Shown one piece after another: positions 37,365 to 45,192 of a stretch of DNA of 64,000 nucleotides (positions within the stretch are counted from its first letter, which is position 1; every line of letters begins with the position of its first letter). A model generated the notes under the pieces. That model saw nothing but the letters and a program-made list of their open reading frames with translations, had not been told where the DNA came from and searched no databases. Where the stretch lies: IMG/VR virus record IMGVR_UViG_3300021959_006010, positions 186,001-250,000 of that record. One strand, 5' to 3'. The position numbers and the translations under genes were made by a program.

Positions 37365-37529
37365 ATGCAAGTAGACCGCGAAAGACTGGAACGCATCGTC
37401 AAGATGGCAGAGAATCTCTACTCTGACGGTGAGTACCGCGATATGGTGTTCGATATACTGCGCACAGAACCTGAGCGTAGTGACAGCGACATTGCAAATG
37501 AATTAGCTATGCGTTGGTACGCTCCGTAA
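37365..37529 (+). CDS. Early hypothetical protein (54 aa)
   Basis: Promoter and GGAGGGC RBS; MQVDRERL... Confidence 0.7.
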   Translation: MQVDRERLERIVKMAENLYSDGEYRDMVFDILRTEPERSDSDIANELAMRWYAP

Positions 37530-37597
37530 AAAAGAGGTTGACACTGTAGCACTTCGGTGCTATAGTGTATGTATAAGTTAACAAAGAGGGCTACACA

Positions 37598-37810
37598 ATG
37601 ACAGATTATTTGTACAACACTGCTTACAAGCTAGGCTGTTACCAAGCTATTGCAGATATGATGCGCCGCGAGATCCGCAACCTTGACGCTGCACAAGCAG
37701 CAGACGACGAGTTTATGGCTGACTGGGCTATGCGCAACCTGCGCTCGCTTGCTACACAGCTTGACGAAGCAGAAGAAAAAATGAAAAAAGAGGTTGACAC
37801 TGTAGCATAG
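37598..37810 (+). CDS. Early hypothetical protein
   Basis: Promoter and GAGGGC RBS. Confidence 0.7.
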   Translation: MTDYLYNTAYKLGCYQAIADMMRREIRNLDAAQAADDEFMADWAMRNLRSLATQLDEAEEKMKKEVDTVA

Positions 37811-37859
37811 TGGTGCTATAGTATATACATAACGTAACAAAAGCAAGAGGGCTTACAAA

Positions 37860-38303
37860 ATGGGTACACGTTCAGCAATCGGTTACAAAACACCAGAAGG
37901 CAAAGTTCGCGCAAAATACAGCCACTACGATGGCTACCCTGCCTACACTGGCAAGATGCTGCAAGAGCACTACCAGGAGGCACGTAAGATTGCACAGATG
38001 GTAGAGCTAGGCGACCAGTCGTTTATCGCTCCAAACGTATTTCCAACAGACAAGTCGCACAGTTTTAACACGCCGCAAGAAGATGTGATTGTGTTTTACG
38101 GACGCGACAGAGGCGAGTCTAATGTAGACGCAAAAGACTTTGACACTGTGCAGGAGTTTGTAGACTACTACGAAGGCGCAGGCTGCGAGTACTTCTACTT
38201 GCACACAGCAAACGGTTGGATCGTACACGACCGCTATGGCGTAGGCAACGATGCTAACGGCTATCCTGTGTTTGACATGCTAGAAAATAAATTGCCTGCA
38301 TAG
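37860..38303 (+). CDS. Early conserved phage protein
   Basis: MGTRSAIG...YSHYDGYP..TGKMLQEHY...FYGRDRGE; promoter and GAGGGC RBS. Confidence 0.75.
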   Translation: MGTRSAIGYKTPEGKVRAKYSHYDGYPAYTGKMLQEHYQEARKIAQMVELGDQSFIAPNVFPTDKSHSFNTPQEDVIVFYGRDRGESNVDAKDFDTVQEFVDYYEGAGCEYFYLHTANGWIVHDRYGVGNDANGYPVFDMLENKLPA

Positions 38304-38371
38304 GAAAAAAGATGTTGACAGTATGCGCTTTTGAGTGCATACTGTTTATATAAGTTAGCAAAGAGGGAACA

Positions 38372-38545
38372 ATGAACGAACTGCTAGAAATGATTGAGGA
38401 CTTGGAAACAATCCAAACACTCACTATGCACCCGGCGCTAGACGAGACTGTTGAGCGCATCCTTGCAAAATACGAAGAGCGCCGCGAAGCATGGGAAGCA
38501 GAGCTTGAGCGCCAATACGAAATGTTCAAAGAGGAACTTGTATAA
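38372..38545 (+). CDS. Early acidic helical protein (57 aa)
   Basis: Promoter and GAGGGA RBS. Confidence 0.65.
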   Translation: MNELLEMIEDLETIQTLTMHPALDETVERILAKYEERREAWEAELERQYEMFKEELV

Positions 38546-38552
38546 ATGAATA

Positions 38553-38629
38553 GGGCCTTTAGCTCAATCGGTTAGAGCACCGGACTCATAATCCGTAGGT
38601 TGCGAGTTCGAGTCTCGCAGGGCCCACCA
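38553..38629 (+). tRNA. tRNA-Ile2 (CAU, lysidine type), reads AUA
   Basis: Cloverleaf with CAT anticodon, paired G1-C72, encoded CCA; resembles ileX-type rather than initiator tRNA. Confidence 0.8.
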
Positions 38630-38634
38630 AGTAA

Positions 38635-38711
38635 CTGCCCTTAGCTCAGCTGGATAGAGCAACAGCCTTCTAAGCTGTGGGTCGTAGGTTCGAATCCTAC
38701 AGGGCAGGCCA
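38635..38711 (+). tRNA. tRNA-Arg (UCU)
   Basis: Cloverleaf with TCT anticodon, GTTCGAATC T-loop, encoded CCA. Confidence 0.93.
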
Positions 38712-38715
38712 ATTA

Positions 38716-38799
38716 GCCCGCGTGGTGGAATAGGTAGACACAAGGGACTTAAAATCCCTCGCTTATGGCGTGCCAGTTCGAGTCTGGCCGCGGGCACCA
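38716..38799 (+). tRNA. tRNA-Leu (UAA)
   Basis: Class II cloverleaf with a long variable arm, TAA anticodon, encoded CCA. Confidence 0.93.
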
Positions 38800-38818
38800 A
38801 ACAAAGAGGAACAGGACA

Positions 38819-38974
38819 ATGATGTGTCCAGAATGTAACATGTCGAAACCTTGGACAAGCTCACGCTGTCCTAACTGCAACCAGAGTGTTGGCATTGTGT
38901 TCGGACTATGGTGGAACACACTTCGAGTGGTACTGACTCTTGCACTGTTCGTTTTTATTGTAAGTTTATTTTAA
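38819..38974 (+). CDS. Zinc-ribbon plus TM small protein
   Basis: CPEC...CPNC followed by a hydrophobic helix; GAGGA RBS. Confidence 0.6.
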   Translation: MMCPECNMSKPWTSSRCPNCNQSVGIVFGLWWNTLRVVLTLALFVFIVSLF

Positions 38975-39046
38975 AAAAGTGGTTGACAAAGGCAACAAAG
39001 GCTGTATACTGTACACAGTTAGATAGAAAACACAGAGGGCAACTAG

Positions 39047-40045
39047 ATGAATATCACTATCGTAGAAGGCACATATAAAATTCGAGGCAACGACACTTCA
39101 GTAGCAGGTCAAACGTTTCCTCTAGTAGAAGAGTTTAGAATGGGTAAGAATGGCGGGTACGTAACTGTTGATGGATCAGCAGTAGCAGGCTTCCCGGATC
39201 GTAATATCAAGATCAAGGTTGTAAGCGCCGACAGTTACGTACCCGCGGGGGAAGGCCCCGCTGATAGACAGCGCGAAGAAAGCGATGAAGAGATCATCGA
39301 ACGAATTCGCACTCGCTTTGACATGCTAAAAGAAATGACCAAGGCTGTCAAGAAGCAAGATGTCAAAGCAATGATCGTAAGTGGCCCTCCAGGTGTTGGT
39401 AAGAGCCACGGCGTAGAAGAAGTACTTGATCGCTATAACACTATGCAGATGTTAGGCGGAGGCAAGCAGTTCGAAGTTATCAAAGGTGCTATGTCGCCCA
39501 TTGGTTTGTACTGCAAGCTTTTCAAGATGGCAGACAAAGGTAAGGTTGTAGTGTTTGACGACTGTGACTCGATCTTCCAGGACGAGCTAAGCCTTAACAT
39601 CCTAAAGGCTGCTCTGGATTCAAAGAAAGATCGTTGGATCCACTGGAACACTGATTCGTTCAAGTTGCGCAACGAAGGTGTGCCAGACAAGTTCAAGTTC
39701 GAAGCAAGTGCGATCTTTATCACGAACCTAAAGTTTGACAAAGTCAAAGGTAAGATGCGTGAGCACTTGGAAGCACTAGAGTCACGCTGTCACTACATGG
39801 ACCTTACCATTGACACAGAACGAGACAAGATGCTCAGAATCAAGCAGGTCATTCGTGACGGTATGCTAGATAGCTATAAGCTGAGTGATGAGATCAAAGA
39901 AGAGATTGTAGACTTCTGCGATATTAATAAGAAGCGACTACGTGAATTGTCCCTAAGAACAGTTTTGAAAGTCGCCGATTTGGCACTTGCCTTTCCAGAT
40001 CGTTGGGAAGCATTTGCCGAAAATACCGTGATGCGTCGAGCCTAG
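39047..40045 (+). CDS. AAA+ family ATPase (early)
   Basis: Walker A GPPGVGKS, Walker B VVFDDCD, IFITN, ALESRC; promoter and GAGGGC RBS. Confidence 0.85.
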   Translation: MNITIVEGTYKIRGNDTSVAGQTFPLVEEFRMGKNGGYVTVDGSAVAGFPDRNIKIKVVSADSYVPAGEGPADRQREESDEEIIERIRTRFDMLKEMTKAVKKQDVKAMIVSGPPGVGKSHGVEEVLDRYNTMQMLGGGKQFEVIKGAMSPIGLYCKLFKMADKGKVVVFDDCDSIFQDELSLNILKAALDSKKDRWIHWNTDSFKLRNEGVPDKFKFEASAIFITNLKFDKVKGKMREHLEALESRCHYMDLTIDTERDKMLRIKQVIRDGMLDSYKLSDEIKEEIVDFCDINKKRLRELSLRTVLKVADLALAFPDRWEAFAENTVMRRA

Positions 40046-40063
40046 CTCCGCTGATTGGTAGAC

Positions 40064-40212
40064 ACTGTGAGCGGGTCCGCCCTCAACTTGCTCACAGTAC
40101 ATTGTGGTTGGACCGCCCTCATCCAACTACAGTAGAGTAGACGAACGCCCTCACGCTCTACTCTAATAGTGCCCTCGCAGTGTATGCCCTCACACTGCGG
40201 GGGCTTTTTTTT
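40064..40212 (+). ncRNA. Four-hairpin RNA with GCCCUC loops, ending in an intrinsic terminator
   Basis: Stems 40064-72/40090-98, 40103-12/40122-31, 40133-41/40157-65 and 40171-83/40192-204. Each loop carries GCCCTC. T8 run at 40205-40212. Confidence 0.8.
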
Positions 40213-40289
40213 GAAAAAAATGGTTGACAAGCTATAGGTTCGGTGTTATATTATTAGTATAAGTTGAAACACTGTAAGAGGGCAAACAG

Positions 40290-40484
40290 ATGATTAAGGT
40301 ACACAACAGAGGTTACGGAACTGGCGAAGCACGTTACATTCCGTTGAGCGAAGTAAACATCCACACACAAAAGATCTGTGAGTTTACAGGCGCTCCGTAC
40401 ATTATCTTCGAGCACAAAGACTATCCGTTGGGTTCTTTGAGTGCTACATTTGATGGCACCTACTGGGACTGTGATTTAGACTAA
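40290..40484 (+). CDS. Early hypothetical protein
   Basis: Promoter and GAGGGC RBS. Confidence 0.7.
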   Translation: MIKVHNRGYGTGEARYIPLSEVNIHTQKICEFTGAPYIIFEHKDYPLGSLSATFDGTYWDCDLD

Positions 40485-40495
40485 GGGAGAATACG

Positions 40496-40666
40496 ATGTA
40501 CGAAGATGAGAACGAAGATTTGATCATTGCTGTACTGGAGCAGATCCGCGAGGATGTCAGCAACGGAGACCTCACAGCAATCGAACAGTTGATTGAAATG
40601 CAGGCACCTTACGCACTGCTGAACTTCCTACCTGAAGAGAAACAGAAACAATTTATGGAAGATTAG
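40496..40666 (+). CDS. Early acidic hypothetical protein (56 aa)
   Basis: GGGAGA RBS; MYEDENEDL... Confidence 0.65.
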   Translation: MYEDENEDLIIAVLEQIREDVSNGDLTAIEQLIEMQAPYALLNFLPEEKQKQFMED

Positions 40667-40671
40667 GAGAC

Positions 40672-40805
40672 TATTTTCCGGATGCGTCCGTGTAGAGGAC
40701 CCGGCCGGCTAAAAGCACCATTGTTAGTTTCAGTCAAGCTAGAGCGGCAACGTCAATAAGGCCGTGCGGTGCGATTGGAGATACTAGGGGCGTATTCGGA
40801 AAATA
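40672..40805 (+). ncRNA. Unidentified structured RNA candidate
   Basis: 18-bp closing stem 40672-89/40788-805 with 3 G:U pairs; internal crossing pairings CGGCC/GGCCG and GCACC/GGTGC. Confidence 0.6.
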
Positions 40806-40885
40806 GTTTCAAATTAGGGGTTGACAAATCCCACAGTAGATCATATACTGTATATAACAGTTAGGAAATAGCAAGAGGGCAAATC

Positions 40886-41194
40886 ATGCAATTCGTAATT
40901 ACTACACAGTTCCTGGAAAACTACGGCGCACACTGCGAGGACGGTAAGTTCAAGTCCGGCAATGCATATTGGAAGATGAAGGGAGGCACAGACTACTGTG
41001 TGTCAGGTCTTGATCGCATCCAAGATGCGGTTGCGTTCGTGGCAGCCAAGGAGATGCATAATAGCATCGGCGCTAAGGAGTTTCCAGTAGAGTGGAAGAC
41101 CTATGCAGAGTGGGAGCGTGATCTTCCGGAAGACGAGGACTACAGAGAGTTCTTGCTCGAGCAACTGAAACACGTAGACCCGAGGGAGGTGTAA
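40886..41194 (+). CDS. Early hypothetical protein
   Basis: Promoter and GAGGGC RBS. Confidence 0.75.
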   Translation: MQFVITTQFLENYGAHCEDGKFKSGNAYWKMKGGTDYCVSGLDRIQDAVAFVAAKEMHNSIGAKEFPVEWKTYAEWERDLPEDEDYREFLLEQLKHVDPREV

Positions 41195-41195
41195 T

Positions 41196-41357
41196 ATGTT
41201 TCGTCAATATTTCGTATACTACGATGGTCGGTTCCAAGGAACTGTAATGGCACTTTCAGAACAGAGTGCGCTGGACAAAGGTTGCCAGATGGTAGGTGTG
41301 AGTGCTAGTGCCTACTCGGGTCGAGCACGCCGTTTGGTAGAAGTAATTCGCAAATAG
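41196..41357 (+). CDS. Early hypothetical protein (53 aa)
   Basis: GGAGGT RBS; MFRQYFVYYDG... Confidence 0.6.
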   Translation: MFRQYFVYYDGRFQGTVMALSEQSALDKGCQMVGVSASAYSGRARRLVEVIRK

Positions 41358-41422
41358 AGGTTGACAAACCGTCAATCCTTTGTTATAGTGTATGTATAAG
41401 TTAAACAAACGAGGGCAAAGAT

Positions 41423-41650
41423 ATGTTTAATGCACGAGACGAAGCACTAGAATTGGTAGAGAACGGCGTAGTGTCAGCAGAGTATTTGCTAACAGCCTGC
41501 CTCAAGTATATGTCAACAGACGATGTTGCAGACATGCTAGATGCTAACGAACTTTCCGATCGCTTCCTAGAAGATGACGAGCCAGACGTAGACGAGGCTC
41601 AGGAGTGGGAAGACTTTGGCGAAGTTGGTTACGAACCGGAGTATATCTAA
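41423..41650 (+). CDS. Early acidic hypothetical protein
   Basis: Promoter and GAGGGC RBS. Confidence 0.7.
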   Translation: MFNARDEALELVENGVVSAEYLLTACLKYMSTDDVADMLDANELSDRFLEDDEPDVDEAQEWEDFGEVGYEPEYI

Positions 41651-41811
41651 TGGCAGGAGCAGACAACACTCGTCGCATTTACATCACAGTCGCGCTGGAG
41701 ATACTGCGTGACGCAAACGAACAGGAAGTAATCGCAGAGTGCGATTACACCTTTGAACATCCCGACATTGTCGATACGGAAATTATGGGAGAGGACGAAT
41801 ACTATGCCTAA
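41650..41811 (+). CDS. Early acidic hypothetical protein (53 aa)
   Basis: TAATG overlap; MAGADNTRR... Confidence 0.55.
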   Translation: MAGADNTRRIYITVALEILRDANEQEVIAECDYTFEHPDIVDTEIMGEDEYYA

Positions 41812-42355
41812 TTGGTGCAATAACTCATTTTCAATCACCGGCTCTACTGAGTCAATCAAAGAACTGTGGGACACAGCACAGACTGCCGACAACGGTGAAT
41901 TCGGCTTGCTCAATGCTATTATGCCAATGCCCAAAGAGCTAGAAGGCACAACGGCTCCTAGCGAAGGTGGCGACAACTGGTATAACTGGCGAGTAGAGAA
42001 CTGGGGCACCAAGTGGGAGGTCTCAGACGAAGGACTCGAGTATACGGATCACGGAGATGGCACTGCATCAATCGATGGTTGGTTTGACAGTGCATGGGCT
42101 CCACCCATTGGTGTGTATGAGCAATTGGCTGCCGACTTTGACTCGTGTGTGATCGAGTGCTCTTACTACGAGCCCGGCATGGACTTCGGAGGCTTTTGGT
42201 CAAGTGAGAAAGGAGACATCTACTTTGAAAGCCTAGACGATATGCTAAAAGAAGATCCGGACACTTGGAGCGACGAGTTCCGAGAATTTGAAGCAGAGTA
42301 TGATCTGCTGTCAGAAGAGTGGCGCTTCGAAGACGAAGAAGTAGAATTAGATTAA
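41804..42355 (+). CDS. DUF1281/YubB ferredoxin-like-domain protein
   Basis: MPNWCNN start, WYNWRVENWGTKW, FDSAWAPP, YYEPGMDFGG. Confidence 0.75.
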   Translation: MPNWCNNSFSITGSTESIKELWDTAQTADNGEFGLLNAIMPMPKELEGTTAPSEGGDNWYNWRVENWGTKWEVSDEGLEYTDHGDGTASIDGWFDSAWAPPIGVYEQLAADFDSCVIECSYYEPGMDFGGFWSSEKGDIYFESLDDMLKEDPDTWSDEFREFEAEYDLLSEEWRFEDEEVELD

Positions 42356-42418
42356 AAAAAGAGGTTGACACAGTGAGCCATTGGTGCTATAGTATAGATA
42401 ACAGTTAGGAGGGCACCT

Positions 42419-42679
42419 ATGGCTTACTGGACACACACCGTCAAACCAATTGGTTGTTTCGTAGAGAAAGAGGTAGGCAACTACTTCGAGTATAGCGTCA
42501 ACGACGATCCACTCACAGGCTTCAACGAAGACTTCCCACACAAGATTTGGGTAGGAGACGGCTACCGTTATGGAAATGTCAAGAAGACGGTTGCTGTGAT
42601 CTGTGTAGACGAAGACGAATACGGCTTGCCTGTAGTAGAGAAGTGGTTCTTGAAAAAGAATACAGCTTATGCAAATTAG
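42419..42679 (+). CDS. Early hypothetical protein
   Basis: Promoter and GGAGGGC RBS. Confidence 0.75.
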   Translation: MAYWTHTVKPIGCFVEKEVGNYFEYSVNDDPLTGFNEDFPHKIWVGDGYRYGNVKKTVAVICVDEDEYGLPVVEKWFLKKNTAYAN

Positions 42680-42745
42680 GGGTTGACAAAACACTAGACT
42701 GAGTGCATACTGTATATATAGTTAGAAATTAGGAGGGCTCCTACA

Positions 42746-42961
42746 ATGGCAACAGAATTAAAAAGCACAACAGAAGATGTTAGCTTGACACGCTTTTGGG
42801 GCGGCGAAGCTCGCGGCACTTGTGTACAGGTTACAACAACCTACACAGCAGATCCAAAAGACTTCTTTAAGCATATAAGTTTGACACGCGAAGAGGCTGC
42901 AAGTGTAGCAGCCGACTTGATGAAGTTTGCACAAGGCACAGAAGAGGAGCACTGGGCATGA
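42746..42961 (+). CDS. Early hypothetical protein
   Basis: Promoter and GGAGGGC RBS. Confidence 0.75.
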   Translation: MATELKSTTEDVSLTRFWGGEARGTCVQVTTTYTADPKDFFKHISLTREEAASVAADLMKFAQGTEEEHWA

Positions 42962-43164
42962 TTAAGTCACTATTGGTTGGATTGTTTGTAGGCGGCGCAT
43001 TGTTTGTTCTTGCAGACTATGCGCTTTCGATTCCAGACGTAAAGATGAGCTATGCTACAAACACCTGCGTAGAAGTTATCAATTATCCTAGTACGCTGTT
43101 TGGCACTACCAACTTCAGCTGTGAGTTGATGCCAACAAAATTTAATCACATTTGGGTAAAATAG
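42958..43164 (+). CDS. Small membrane-anchored Cys-containing protein
   Basis: ATGA overlap; N-terminal TM helix; two Cys. Confidence 0.6.
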   Translation: MIKSLLVGLFVGGALFVLADYALSIPDVKMSYATNTCVEVINYPSTLFGTTNFSCELMPTKFNHIWVK

Positions 43165-43228
43165 GGGTTGACAAAACCCCTAGCTGGTGGTATACTGTAT
43201 ATAACAGTTAGGAAACGAGGGTTAGAAA

Positions 43229-43579
43229 ATGAAAAAATTCGCAATCAACACAGCAAGCAATCTAATGTCAGCAGCCGTAATTGGCGGCGTATTGTTGTTC
43301 GCGGCGGCACCAGCACACGCTTGGGGCGAACGTGAGCAAGGCATTCTTACTGGAGTGATTGGCACACTGATCATCCAAGACATCAATCGTGGCAACAACG
43401 GTCACACCACACACGGTCATCAGCATCCGCAACAGCCTGTAGTCATCCAGCACACCACTCGCAACTGCGGCGTTGAAGTTCGCACAGTATACACAGACGG
43501 TGGCACACGTTCGATTACCGATACTGTTGATGCGTGTACTGGTCGATTGATTCAACGTGTAGAACGCAAGAGCTGGTAA
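43229..43579 (+). CDS. Exported early protein
   Basis: Signal-like N-terminus ...APAHA-WGEREQG; promoter and GAGGGT RBS. Confidence 0.7.
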   Translation: MKKFAINTASNLMSAAVIGGVLLFAAAPAHAWGEREQGILTGVIGTLIIQDINRGNNGHTTHGHQHPQQPVVIQHTTRNCGVEVRTVYTDGGTRSITDTVDACTGRLIQRVERKSW

Positions 43580-43699
43580 TATGTATATAGTCGAAGACAA
43601 CGACGGTCGTACGATTGCAATATGCAGTCGGCTAGAAGATGCTCGTGCATACACGGCAACCAACCTTGATAATGTAACCTATACCATAAAGGAAAACAC

Positions 43700-43969
43700 A
43701 TGCAATTCTTCGAAGCAACAGAACAGCAACGAAAGCTCGCAGACATCGGCCGACAAATGATGGACTGGAGCGAGAACTACGGTCGCACCCAAGGCCTACG
43801 AGACGTAACGGACAACGGCCTGCGAACACTGAACGAAATGAGTCACGTGGGCAACATGCTCACTCACTACGGTGCTCCTTATGGAACTAGTTCCAAAGAC
43901 TTCTCAGAAGCAGACCGCAAATTAATTGCTCAGTTCCTACAGAAAGAGGTTGACATCGAGCGCAAGTGA
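43700..43969 (+). CDS. Early hypothetical protein
   Basis: AAGGA RBS; MQFFEA... Confidence 0.65.
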   Translation: MQFFEATEQQRKLADIGRQMMDWSENYGRTQGLRDVTDNGLRTLNEMSHVGNMLTHYGAPYGTSSKDFSEADRKLIAQFLQKEVDIERK

Positions 43970-44011
43970 TGGTATACTGTATATAACAGTTAAGCAATAG
44001 AGGGCAAAACT

Positions 44012-44287
44012 ATGCGTAAACTACAGCAATTCGTCGACGATCAGAACGTGTGGAGATCACTCTTCAACACTGCAGAGATCACTTTCCCACTAAGCCAAGC
44101 ACATGTAAACGACTTAGGCAAGAGCATTGACTCAAAGCTTTCGCCAGAAAACCTACATCAAGACGGAGAGCGCGACTACAAAGAAGCGATCCGCATTGGC
44201 AACTACCTTAACGATGTACTGGACGAGCTGAATGCATACTGCAAACAGAACAGTCTAGTAGAACCAACTGTATGGGAGGCATGGTAA
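44012..44287 (+). CDS. Early hypothetical protein
   Basis: Promoter and GAGGGC RBS. Confidence 0.7.
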   Translation: MRKLQQFVDDQNVWRSLFNTAEITFPLSQAHVNDLGKSIDSKLSPENLHQDGERDYKEAIRIGNYLNDVLDELNAYCKQNSLVEPTVWEAW

Positions 44288-44532
44288 TGAACCTAGCACA
44301 AACATTCTTCCAGGCTGTTAACAAACCTGAGAACTGGTACAAAGAAGACGGCATGAGCCGCATCAATTGGAACTTCGTAGACGCTGACTGCTACATGGCA
44401 TGCGGCAGAGAGTATCCAACAACAGATGCATTCTACGACGAGTGGAACGCATTGTGCGACATCTATGTTGCAAGCTATAACAGCCACAGTCTACAAATGA
44501 ACCAAATACTGGTTGACACAGTACCGGCTTGA
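44287..44532 (+). CDS. Early hypothetical protein
   Basis: TAATG overlap; GGAGG RBS. Confidence 0.65.
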   Translation: MNLAQTFFQAVNKPENWYKEDGMSRINWNFVDADCYMACGREYPTTDAFYDEWNALCDIYVASYNSHSLQMNQILVDTVPA

Positions 44533-44577
44533 AGCTATACTGTAAGAGTAAGTTAAACAAAGCAAGAGGGCATTGCA

Positions 44578-44922
44578 ATGAACTACACTGTAAACGAAAT
44601 CCAAAACATCCTAGCAGAAGCAACTGAAGCAGCCTACACTGCCGCGGACGCATTTGAACAGGAATACTTTCCGGACAACGGCTGGGGAGCATGTGGCTTT
44701 GCTTGGGTAGACATATTCGGCATTAAAGGCAACACCAAGCTGGGCCGTGCGCTTAAGGCAGCAGGCATTACTAAGAGCTACAACGGCGCACACCAAATAT
44801 GGAACCCGTCAAAGTATCCTACACAGAATGTAGACACACTAGAAGCAGGTGCACGAGCGGCAGCAGATGTGTTCCGCAAGTATGGCTTTGACAAAACATA
44901 CGCAGGCAGTCGACTAGACTAA
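44578..44922 (+). CDS. Early conserved phage protein
   Basis: GACGFAWV motif; promoter and GAGGGC RBS; last gene of the cassette. Confidence 0.75.
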   Translation: MNYTVNEIQNILAEATEAAYTAADAFEQEYFPDNGWGACGFAWVDIFGIKGNTKLGRALKAAGITKSYNGAHQIWNPSKYPTQNVDTLEAGARAAADVFRKYGFDKTYAGSRLD

Positions 44923-44946
44923 TACGATCAAACAGTAGAGAGACTA

Positions 44947-44980
44947 GGGGCAAGTTCTAACGCTTGCCTTTTTTCTTTTC
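44947..44980 (+). terminator. Intrinsic terminator closing the early cassette
   Basis: GGGGCAAG-TTCTAACG-CTTGCCTT hairpin followed by a T-run. Confidence 0.7.
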
Positions 44981-45192
44981 AAAATAAAAAAATAAAAAAA
45001 TTTTTTCTCGAGGGGGGCCGGGGCTTATATAAAAAGTCTTGTAAAAACAAGCACTTAGCTTAATGAGCAGTTTTAAAAATGGTGTGATGCAAAATCACCA
45101 CCTCACTTCTATAAGTACTCCACCACAATTTTTTGCGCAGCAGATTTTTTTACCCTGTAGACCCATTTCGGACAATGTATATAAAAGCCTCT

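Larger units (their letters stand above)
33449..44540 (+). promoter_or_regulatory. Array of ~23 sigma70-type early promoters
   Basis: TTGACA-17bp-TATACT/TATAGT/TATATT. Examples of -35 positions: 33449, 33836, 34082, 34610, 35332, and approximately 36520, 36841, 37308, 37538, 37794, 38315, 38983, 40224, 40820, 41361, 42365, 42683, 43168, 43951, 44512. Confidence 0.92.

Noticed and set aside
38553-38629. tRNA-Met or initiator fMet assignment
   Set aside because: Paired 1-72, no three consecutive G-C anticodon-stem pairs, and an ileX-like sequence favour Ile2. This cannot be proven without modification data.
39047-40045. Clamp-loader large subunit (gp44) call
   Set aside because: It lies in the early cassette rather than the replication module and lacks the usual RFC N-terminal box.
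40722-40765. Resemblance to a Cas9 sgRNA/tracrRNA scaffold (GTTTCAG...GCTAGA...GCAA...AATAAGGC)
   Set aside because: The repeat:anti-repeat lower stem cannot form, and no cas genes or CRISPR array are present, so it is treated as chance similarity.
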